DNA of 64,000 bases from Tubiluchus corallicola (taxonomy: Eukaryota > Animalia > Priapulida): the NCBI GenBank assembly GCA_030141605.1, contig JAQGDQ010000465.1:1-64000 (forward strand). Reading direction: 5' to 3'. Both the position numbers and the translations under genes were made by a program. Below, in pieces: positions 28,101-40,267 of the stretch (the stretch's first letter is position 1; the number at the start of each line of letters is the position of its first letter). Under the pieces are notes generated by a model that saw nothing but the letters and a program-made list of their open reading frames with translations, made no database searches and was not told the DNA's origin.

Positions 28101-31100
28101 GATGATGATCATAAAAAGGTCAAAGGTTAAGTGTACCAGACAATGCATTTGGGTACACTTGACAGCGCCTGGCAGCTTTAGCTGTTGTAATAGTAACAGT
28201 TTTAACAGCTAGCTAGAACCTTACCTAGTTCATTGTTTCTTGTTCTCAAGCAAGATCCTGCTAGTAAATCACTCTACGCACAGACTAATGTATAATTAAG
28301 TAAAGTTCACATAAAACAGCTGAAGTTACTGAACTCGTCCCACAGACGGCTTTGCTTCACACACACAAACGCGCGCACACGCACACACACACACACACAC
28401 GTCATGTGATGATTGTAGTTAAGACTCATTGCTGTGGCACACTTAACCTTTGACCTACAACAACTGCCCATGCGCACAACGAAACCACGAAAAGGCAGTA
28501 GACATAATTACTAGTCATTGTTGTTACAACATTGTTAAATTGTACACTTTAGCAAACTGGGCATATAGTGATTTGTATACAGACTTTAAAAGCATTCCTT
28601 ACAAAAATCTTAACATTGTTGTTAGGTCTCTGATCCCATGGATTAATTGCAGATATTCATTTTTTGCTGTCAATTGCAGTCACACAGAGAACTCCGAATA
28701 AGTTCGACAAGGTTGTGAGACGTGAAATCTGTCGCATTAGCACAAAGGGAACTCGAACGTATAACTTCATAGACGGTGATCCGACTCAGCCGCAAAATAC
28801 TTATCTGTTGGCCATTGCTGAAAAGGTAGGGTCGCTAAGCGTAAATTTAAATTTTTTCCATCCCAATAAATGTTTTGTATGGACAAATTTTTATGTGAAT
28901 CTGGCTGATGCACAGCACAAAATTTAGATGGAATCAAGGGTGTGTCAAGACTTCACGATGGCCTAGGCCAGGGGTGTGCAAATTATCTGACTAGCCGGGC
29001 CACATTAAACTTTCCCGCAATTCCTGCGGGCCACAGGCAGTTTGATCAAGGAGTCAAGTACAGAAAGGCCTAATAACGATTTTTTTGCATCCGACCTGCG
29101 TACATCATTACTACTACACTCAAGAAACTATTTTAGAAGTTATTAAAATTTATATTACAAACCATATATTTCTACTTTCAGGACAGATAGTGGTAATTTC
29201 ATTACAATGCATGTTAGTAATGTGTGTCACACAGTCTGTGTAGTACAGTGACATTAAGCTACAACCGTCTTGTAAGGGTTAATGGCATCCGATGTAGTAG
29301 AAAAAACTACCTGCACTATCTTTGAGATCGTGGCACGGACTTCAGCTGGATACACTCAATTAATCGCCCGGGCCGCACTTTCATCTAGGTTGACAAATCT
29401 CTTCACAGGCCGCACAAATTTTCTCGGCAGGCCGCAAGTGGCCCGCAATTTGCACACCCCTGCCCTACGCTGACAAATCTGTACTGTGAGTTTATGATTG
29501 ATTATGTTTATGTACTGAACAGAATGAACAATTACTTGTGGTGTATTAGTAATACTATTAACCTAGTTTCTACACGATTGTTGTTGATTACGTGTATGTG
29601 AACTACGTTTATATACAAGTACGCTAGGCAACTGCTTGTTGTGTAATACCTGGTACTTGTTCTTTCTATGGCACTTATATAGCAACTGCTTTCAGTAACT
29701 GTCTGTAGTGGGTTACACATTGCTTGTTTTACATGAATATGAGCGGATACACATTTTCTGAAGAGAATAAGAATTTTTTAAAATTGTACACCTAAAATGT
29801 GGCACCCCTCAAACTTTTGCACCCCAGGCTGTAGCCTAGTTAGCCTGTTGGCTAATACGCCCCTGCATGAAGTGAATTAGGTATTTGAATGTTCTTGTAA
29901 TGACACACCATGATCTTGTAACGACACACCCTGTGATCTTGTAACGACACACCCTGTGATCTTGTAACGACACACCCTGTGATCTTGTAACGACACACCC
30001 TGTGATCTTGTAACCACACACCTTGCGATCTTGTAACCACACACCTTGCGATCTTGTAACGACACACCTTGTAACGACACACCTTGTGATCTTGTAACGA
30101 CACACCTTGTGACCTTGTAACCACACACCCTGTGATCTTGTAACCACACACCTTGCGATCTTGTAACCACACACCTTGCGATCTTGTAACGACACACCTT
30201 GTAACGACACACCTTGTGATCTTGTAACGACACACCTTGTGACCTTGTAACCACACACCCTGTGATCTTGTAACCACACACCTTGCGATCTTGTAACCAC
30301 ACACCTTGCGATCTTGTAACGACACACCTTGTAACGACACACCTTGTGATCTTGTAACGACACACCTTGTGACCTTGTAACGACACACCTTGCGATCTTG
30401 TAACGACACACCTTGTAACGACACACCTTGTGATCTTGTAACGACACACCTTGTGACCTTGTAACGACACACCTTGTGATCTTGTAACGACACACCTTTG
30501 TGACCTTGTAACGACACACCCTGTGATCTTGTAACGACACACCCTGTGATCTTGTAACGACACACCTTGTGATCTTGTAACTACACACCTTTGTGATCTT
30601 GTAACGACACACCCTGTGATCTTGTAACGACACACCCTGTGATCTTGTAACGACACACCCTGTGAAACTTGTAACGACACACCTTTGTGATCTTGCAACG
30701 ACACACCATGTGACCTTGTAACGACACACCTTGTGATCTTGTACCGACACACCCTGTGATCTTGTAACGACACACCTTGTGATCTTGTAACGACACAGTT
30801 GATTTTTATTTATTACTTGGGTAGTGTCTAGGCTATCGTTTGTGAGAAACTCATGTTTAAAGTTGTAGGTCACTCACTTGTAGAACAAGAATAAAAAATC
30901 TATAATACATATCTTCATTGCACAAAACAGAAAAGTGTTTATTAAACTACATACACATGAGTAAAATGACTGCTGCACTGAACACTGAAAGTTAGACAGT
31001 GACTAGAAAGTAAAACAAGTCAGTATATATAGATATAGGTGACTATGCATACTTGTACAGGTTTCACAAAACCATTACTTTAAATTAGGGAGAGATCCAG

Positions 31101-34100
31101 TGAATATGCATTATACTGGGGTAAGTAGCTGGTAGAGTAAAAGGATTAGTTCACAGATGGCAGCACGTAAAAACTGTACAATTACAACTTCCACAGTTTG
31201 CATTGTAAGCCACTGGAAAAACAAAACATATCAATACTTTAGGTTTGAAAGTTGCTTGTGCATTTTATAATTCATTTTTGCCTAGTTTATATATACACAA
31301 TGTAATTAGCCTACTACAGATTAAACACTGTGTGTTTTCATCCATTTTGGCTGCTACAGTGCCTGTGTCAAGTCAACTACTTTTCAATGCACTGAATGAT
31401 AAGTGTCTACCTGTCTATCTATAAGTATACACTGCACAGCTACATGCTGAGTCTACAGTTTGAATTATTTCAAATCTCTTTTATCAAAATAAAATCTAAT
31501 TTGCTGAATATCTTTCACTCAGTATCATGATACGAGTCACTTTGGCGATACGCATATTGTAATAAAACATATCACGATGCATCGTTGTATCAGTGTATCA
31601 TTACAGGCCTAATCGCAACGGCTCAACTTCGAAGTAGTTTTGTTGTTTTCCGTCCTGTCTTTATCTGCGTGTTCTAAACCGTGTCAATACTAACCTACCA
31701 AATGTAGTAATTAGACTTTTGCTTTTTTATTACACGGAACAACGTATGTTGGTTAGATGGGGTAAATTTAACTCTGATAGTTTTGCAGTAGGTAACGGAA
31801 TTCGTCAAGGTGGAAAAATGTCTCCACTGTTATTTCACTTCTATTTTAAAAATCTTAGTGTTGCACTTATTAACTCTGGTGTGGGTTGTCATATTGCTGA
31901 AGCCTGCATTAATCACTTGATGTACGCTGATGACATATGTCTTTTAACAACAACCTCGACGGCTTTGCAGAGACTGCTAGATATTTTTAATAAATTTGCC
32001 AAGGAATATGATATCCTTGTAAATGTGAATGAGACTAAACTTGTCACGTTTCGCTCCGCCCACATGCAGCAGTTTACTTTTGGGTCTGTTATTTTGCAGT
32101 GTAAAAGTTTTGTACCTAGTAAAAAAGAAAAATATCTGGGTCATATTTTATCAGATGACAATAGAGATGATTTTGATATATTAGGACAATGTTCAATTCA
32201 CTATGGTAGCGCAAATAAATTACTCACGAATTCACTCACTGTTCAATTAGCGTGAAGAGACAATTGTTTAATGCTTGCTGCACTACTTTTTATTGTATGT
32301 GACAGATGTATTGTATGTCACAGAAAATGTGCATACAGTTTATACGTCAGGCTGAATAACAGTGAAAATTTTATATGCAAGAACATTTTAAACAATGATG
32401 TAAACTTTACTTCTGTAATTAGACGTCATTGGCGTAGTTTGTTATATCGTTAATTGTTATTTGTGTTATTGTTGTGTGTCATCATTTATTGTATTATTTG
32501 TATTAATTTGTGATGTGTATATGAACTTTGTAAAGTTTGAAATAAAATATTAAATCTAAAAAATCTAAATCAAATAATTTTAAAGTTTATAATATGGAAA
32601 CAACGGTGAGTTAAAAATTTGTTGAATTGCTTTTACACTGTCTTCACTGCTGTGAGTTAGTCAGTCGTTCAGACCTTTCAAAGTTTCTGGAGATCATGAG
32701 CCGAAATCTTATTTTACAGGATGATAGTGGAGTGGTAGGTGGATCCTGTAAATATGGAGTTTGTTTTGTTGACACGTCAATTGGAAAGTTTCACGTAAGT
32801 GGCATTTTCATTTCAAATGTTTTTGTTTACAAAACATAAACAGTTTACTTAAGATGTAAGGAACATCTAACCATGAAAAAGTGGTTTTTGGGCAATATCT
32901 TCTATCGAAACTTGAAAAATGATTTTTTTTTTAATTTTTCAGATTGGCCAATTTTCCGATGACCGCCATTGTTCTAGGCTTAGAACTTTGATTGCTCACT
33001 ATCCTCCTTCACAGGTATCGTGAGATTATTTTCTTTAACTGGTTTTGAAAATAGTTATTTTTCTAATTGAACCCGCTAATCCTATGTGGATTTTATTTAC
33101 GAACTATTTCTGTCACAACAAAAAAGATTGTTGTTGGCATCCTTCTGTCTCGGAAGACAATGGAGTGTGCGCCAAGAGAGTCAGTTATTGATCACATTGA
33201 TGGAGCCGCAGCGTCGACTGTGGCTGAGCAGTGCGATCCTTGAACGTCTCCAGGGCGCACGCCTGGGCAGGGTGTATGGAGATCCTGAGTTGTCCAGACA
33301 ACAGGAACCCCTCTCTTCCTCCCTGGTGTAGTCCAAAGGAAAGCGGAGCGATACGTTTAGCACCAGATTGGCTGCAGGAGCTGCCGGAGTCAGTGAGCAT
33401 GCTGCACTGGTCCGCCTTCGGGGCTCCACTCCTGATTTAGAAGGTTTACTCCTCTACACATGGCCGTTGGGTCACTTGACCTCCTCCGCCCTCTAGTCGT
33501 TGGCTGCTTGTGCAGCTCCTCCGCCTAGTGTTGAGATACAGTGTGGGCATCCCGCAAGCTTACAGCACCTGGTATTCCCAGGCGGTCACCCATCCAAGTA
33601 CTAACCAGACTGTACGTTGCTTAACTTCGATGATCAGACGAGAACCGGTGTTTTCAACGTGGTTTGGCCTTAGTTTCTTCCAGATTAGGTGCCCTATAAT
33701 AGGTTATTTGGATTAAATAGTTATAAGAATTTTATGTTCCTCTACGTAGGTTGTAACTTCTTTCATCTGGGAGTAATCAGTGTGTTAAAGAGGATTATGA
33801 CGTCAACAGTTTAACCGCACAGCTGAGCATATATATTTTTATTGATCTTCGAACTGAATTCAGTAGAGAGTTCTCACGTATGCAGTAATGAGAAATGATA
33901 TAAGAAAGGTTAAATAAAGCTCTTTAACAGTTTTTTAATTATTTCCAAAACAACCTACTATTCAATTCAATTTTAATTTATTTATCTCTTTATAATACTA
34001 CAATAAAACATGATTAATAAAAGAGACACTAATAAGTTTTGAAAAATGGTTAAAATGTATAGATAGATCTAGAACTAGAGAAAGGATAGCGAAAAGACTA

Positions 34101-37100
34101 CAAAGTCACCTAGTCTGCTATCCTTTACCGAATATAGATAAAATGATTTTTTAGACAGTGGTGGGCATTAATGTTATCAGTTTAATTTAGAAAACATTAG
34201 TAATTTTTAAAATTATGACATTTTCTATATAATCCAGAGAAAAGAATATACATGTAATTTAATTAGCGGGCAACAAAATAAGGTCAATCTTGATTAAACT
34301 AAAAATTGCATTTAGATTTTATGTGAAATATAGGTGAAAATTGTTATGAAATGATAAAAACACTTTGGGTTAATAATGCAATTAATCAACAACAGGAGTT
34401 AAATACATTTTCATTTGAGTTCAACTTCATTATTTCTAGGCTTATTGATTAAGAACAAATCTACTGAATTGGACAATAATACTAAATAATATAATTCTCA
34501 ATATACTGTTATACTACTAGCTCGTTGTGTTCAGACTTAATTTTTATTCATCACAACTTTTTAATTATTCTGTTAATTTTTATTCATCACAACTTTTTAA
34601 TTATTCAGTTTACAGATCTGTAGCAATATATCTGTTCAGCTGTGTAGTTAAACTGTTATTCCTGCTGAGCACACTTATTCGGGGATGAAACAATTTGCAA
34701 TTTAAGAAGAGGAATAGTGCAATTCTTATAACCATTTAATCTAAATAACCCATTGCGGCACCTAATCTGAAATAGTTCTTTTTTTATTCTAACACAAATA
34801 GTTCATAAAGAAAATCCATATAAGATTGATGAGTTCAGATAGAACTCGTAATATTTTCGGAAAAAAATCATTTAATTCTTTACAGTTTTAATGTCAACAT
34901 TATTTTCAATTAAAATTCCATAGTTGATTCAATTTTGATATGACCAAGGCTTGGGCTTACAAACTCGACTTCATGACCCCCACCATGTTTCCTGATTATT
35001 GTGGTCTATTTCAGGGGGGGGGATAAGTGGGGATACTTCCCTGGGCCTCGCTTAGGCTGAAATAGGCCCTGTGTGGTAGTCTAATGTTCATCTCTTATGG
35101 ACATGGTAGCTTACCTAACACTAGGGGTGAGCGTTCTCTACCAGAAAGCGAATTCGAATTTGTGACTTTCGAATTCGAACCGAATTCGAATTGAGATTGA
35201 AAGATTTTTGAACCACCAGCAAAAATTAGTCTTACAAAGATCATGCATATCACTAGATATTGTTCTGCAATAAAACGACTAGTAATTTGCTTAAAATTGT
35301 GTGCAGAAATCACAGCTAAATTATGCTAATTGCATGTTGTTTCAATTGTTTTAGTGATAAAGAACATGTGATTGAAGTGCTAAATTATTCGAATCTATAG
35401 TTTTGGATTGGAATCGAGTTCGAACTAAAAAAACTCATTCGAGCATTCAAATTCGATTCGAACGTTCGATGCTCACCCCTACCTAATACCTAACAGACAA
35501 ATGCCAAGAACCACAAAGGCACCTTTTTTAATAAGCAACCTGCAAGTATTGCCATATTAATTACTAACAGATTTCACCGGTAACCAAGTGTATTTACCAG
35601 ACAATACTTTTAACTGGCTATCTCACATTGATGGCGACTTTGTTAGAATTAGCTGTGCAATAAACCTTTTCACAGTTCCAGCGATTGATGATGATTGTTT
35701 AAAGGTCAAAGGTCAAGTGTACCAGACAGTGCATTTGTGTACAGTTGACAACGCCTCGCAGCCGAAGTTATTGTAATAGTAACAGTTTTAACAGGCGGTA
35801 GAATCTTACCTAGTGCAAATTTTCTTGTTTCCAAGCAAGATCCTGCTAGTAAATCAATCTATGCACAGTGGTTTGACGAAACCAGAAAACTTGAAATTTA
35901 GTTTCACGATTGTATTCTGAAATTCTGAATTAGTGTCATGTTGAAAAGCAGAAAACCAAGTGACCAGAACTACAAGTGAAATCATTTAGGTGTGAAAACA
36001 TGTTTAGAGATTATGCATTCATAAAGACTGTAGAAGCCAGTGAAAATTTAAACAGTAAAGAGAAAGCTTCAACTATTTTAACAAGAGCACCTGAAGGTGG
36101 CAGCACTATCCAAAACTAAAAAAGTATGATGACATTAGGATAAATATACAACATAAATTTAAATTTAGAATAATTAAAAAGATTTCCTTTTGTCCACACA
36201 GACTAATGTATAATTAAGTAAAGTCCATGTTAAACAATTAAAGGTACTGAACTGATGTTTTGCATTACCTTCACGTGACGTGACAATTGTAGTTAAGACG
36301 CGTTGCTGTAGTAAAGTTAACCTTTGACCTACAGCTACTGCGCGCAACGAAACTATGAAAAGGCTTACTGGGTTTTAATGTGTGTTTTTTTGCCAGGTGT
36401 TACATGAGAAGGGCTCACTATCTGAGAAAACAGACCAACTTCTCAAACAAAACCTACCAGCTGTGCTACGAGATGCTCTGTTTCCGCGCACAGAATTCTG
36501 GGAGTCGTCAAAAACTCTGAAGTTTCTAGCAGAGGGCAATTATTGGTCGACTGATGAGAATGCTGAGGAGAGCCATTGTCCGGAAGTGGCAACAGAGACA
36601 AGATGGCCTCGTGTTTTGAATCACATGTTATCAAGCAGTAGGTAGCTAGTTGTTCAGTGTCTCTTTCTATGCATTTTTATAGTGAAGCGTAAAACATGAA
36701 TGCACATTACGTAAAGGTCACTAGCTCTCCTTTATTTAGCTAAAACAGTTCAGCAGTGTTGGGCCAGCAATATTGTCGGAAAGTAATTCACAGCAATATT
36801 ATCGGAGAGTAACTCACAGCAATATTATCGGAGAGTAACTCACAGCAATATTGTCGGAGAGTAATTCCCAGCAATATTGTCGGCGAGTAATTCACAGCAA
36901 TATTGTCGGAGAGTAATTCACAGCAATATTGTCGGAGAGTAACTCACAGCAATATTATCGGAGAGTAACTCGCAGCAATATTGTCGGAGAGTAACTCACA
37001 GCAATATTGTCGGAGAGTAATTCACAGCCATATTGTCGGAGAGTAATTCACAGCAATATTATCGGAGAGTAACTCACAGCAATATTGTCGGAGAGTAACT

Positions 37101-40100
37101 CACAGCAATATTATCGGAGAGTAACTCGCAGCAATATCGTCGGAGAGTAACTCACAGCAATATTGTCGGAGAGTAACTCACAGCAATATCTTCGAGATCA
37201 ACACACTTGTGGTTGGTATGAATTCTGTTCAAAGTTTTTTAAGCTTTGCTCTGATCTGAAACTTTTCTGCAAAACTCTGAGCTTATTTTTTTAAAGACTA
37301 AACCATTTTAAAGACTAAACCACTCAGGAAACAGTATTAATCTTGTTTTTGTGACTAAAGCGGCAACTTCATTTTCACTTCGTACCTGCAGGTGACACTC
37401 TGGGTTTATCAGCTTCACCAGATTATGAACTGGCAATCAAGTCACTTGGAGCTATTACTTGGTAAGTGACAAACCAGTGCTTATTTAAATATGTGATTTA
37501 TAAAGCAAAATTGTTAGAAAGTGTTTATTCAAAATCAGTGTGACTTTTCTAAAACTTAGGTTAAAACAATTGGACTTGTTTAATATATATTAGATAAAGT
37601 ACCGAACCATAGCCACTGTAATGACGAGACCTTCAACAGCCTTTTTTCAGCATCCGTTTTTGAATGTCAGTTGATGTTTTGTCCTCTGAGCTGTTGATGC
37701 TGTTCCTCTCTCTACCCTATCTCTGTCCCGAAGTGGCTCAGTTTTAATGTCTATAAAGTTTTAAATTCGGTATTCCGTCTGAAATCTTCCAGCATTCCAG
37801 TATTCCAGTATTCTCTTCAGCAGTGAGATTTGACAGCATATTAAAATCTTAGTCAACCAAAATAAAAAGCAGAACACAAGCAGAACATAATAATAATCTT
37901 TATTTAAAGTCGGCTTTTGGGTCAACAATTAACATTAGCTCAAAGAGGTATTATCGCAGACTGTAAATAACAACGTACAACTACATAAGTGGGGAGACTA
38001 TTATTACCCCACTTTTACCCTAAATACCGCGCGTCAGGCAGAGCAACAGCAGGTACCATTTTTAAAGTCTTTCGTATGACCCGGCCGCTGGTTCGAACTA
38101 ACAACCTCCCAGATGGAAAGCAGACGCATTACCACTAGACTAAGCCGTCTGGTTTACCGTTTGTAGCTGATATTTTGCCTCGTAAAAAATTCCAGAAGCC
38201 ATTTATTAAGTTTTATTTTAAGAGTTTAAATAACAGTAATCACATTATTCGTTTTCTTGTTCAGCAAGCTAAGAGTTGTTCCACTGCAATTATGGGATAC
38301 AATTTAGTGTCAGTCTTTAACCAGTATGAAATTGATCGCTCTTGCCACGAGTTTAGATCAAAAGTACTGCGTATCATTACTGATAAAATGCTTAATATCA
38401 CTGACAATTAGCTGGCAATTGTTACATTTATAAAGGAAATTTTATGGACTACAGAGACCAAGTATTTTTATTTCTTTAGGATATGAAATTTTAAATTATT
38501 TGACCATTTGTTGAGACCGAAATGGTTTTTTATTATTATTTTTTTACTTTTCCTTATAAATTAACAAACTTTTCCTTTCACATGTGCAGATTAAACTAGT
38601 TTATTGTAATTGTTATAATTTGTTTTTCCATGCGTACTTATTGTTCCACATAGTACGAATAAATGGTATAAATGAATTAATTTGCAAGAAAATACAATGT
38701 ACGTGCAGAATGAGAGACCATGTGCACTGACTTGAGCTCGGGTAGTTGCGCCAGTCACGCAGCCTCGGCTGATACACAGCAAGACTATTATAGTTAAAAC
38801 AACACGACTTCATTAAAAACTTCATAAAATTAGCGAAATTAATAAAACAATTAATTATCAAACATGAAAGTTATTGTTACAAGTAGATCGAGAGTTTCAC
38901 CGTCTTTGTTCACGCTTTTTCATCCAGGTTTTTGCAAAAGTGTTGCCTGGAACAGGAGTTACTATCCATGCGAAATTTTGAGGAATATCGTCCTTTAGAT
39001 GAAGAAGCAGGAGAAAATTCATCTCAGGAACAGATTGCCGACTTTGCCACAGGCAGACAACATATGGTTTGTTTAGAACTTATAGCTGTTTCACACTCGT
39101 CAAAACGGCCATCGCTATAGTGTGAAAAAAGCTCTTGCAAAAAATGCCGGCGAGAAAATGCTGTAATGCTGGAGCGACAAAAACGATCGCGAAAATGTTA
39201 ATCGCAGCGAGAAGCGATTTCGCTCTTCAAAACGCAACAAAAACCCTCCTTGAAAACGGCTAAAGTTGCTGTCAGAGAAAAGCTATTGCGTGTTAGAACT
39301 TTTTTCTCACTACCTCGCAAAAATGCCCGCGAAAACGTCAATCGCAACGAGAAGCGATATCGTTCTTCAAAACGCGACAACGATCATGAAAACGGCTAAA
39401 GCCACTGCGAGAAAAAAGCTATTGCGTGTTAGAACTTTTTTCTCAGTATCTCACAAAACGCCTGCGAAAACGGCTTTCGTAGTGTTATTGCTGCAGGTTG
39501 CGTAATGCACGTGTTTTTGACCAGTGCTGTATACATTACGGCGTAGTCTACACGCATTAAACTGCCTAATAAAGAACATCTCTACTTTAGCCTAGTGCAT
39601 GACGTGTTGATGATTTGCTTTTGATGTGGAGACGTGCGTGCGATGCAGTTCTTGGCAAATTGTTGATTCAACATGTCAAGACAAAAACATGGCGTTTGAA
39701 TGTGAAAAAATAAAACAGACATGGTTGTAGGCAATGTATTATAAACCTATTAAAAAACTAAGTATATGGGATATGTGTACAACCGTAGCTATCACACAGT
39801 AATGTCTATTTTCACTGAATGTTAAAAATGTGACGAGAAAGATGTTAGTGAAAACATATCTCTCCCTCTTATAGAGAGAGATTTTTCTTTTTGACTGAGC
39901 GTTAAAAACGCAACGATAAGTGAGAAGAACGCTAGTCAAAACGGGCCTTTGCTTAAGTTTAAAATTAGTCACGACTGAGTAATACTCATCTCGTTTGTTA
40001 AATTTTAAAATCGGGTCAGCAGTGTGCAAAAGCACGGGTAGAAGGAGTAGGGAGCTACTGTAGTATAGATGGCACTGGTTGTGTGCACTGTAAAAATGTC

Positions 40101-40175
40101 AGTTTGTCTTTATTTTGCACGACCCCTTTGCCTGCTTCTATGTGCTGCCATTGTTATTATTATTATTTATTATTA

Positions 40176-40267
<92 letters not shown>

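Noticed and set aside
29836-30873. Long minus-strand ORFs (345, 298, 237 aa)
   Set aside because: These are translations of a stop-poor satellite, open in several frames, with no domain or splice support.
33557-33674. Functional 5S rRNA gene
   Set aside because: Single copy, substitutions in otherwise conserved helices, no oligo-T terminator, and fused to retroelement-like sequence.
36765-37190. CRISPR-like regular repeats (also other arrays)
   Set aside because: The units are head-to-tail with no unique spacers, there are no cas genes, and the context is eukaryotic.
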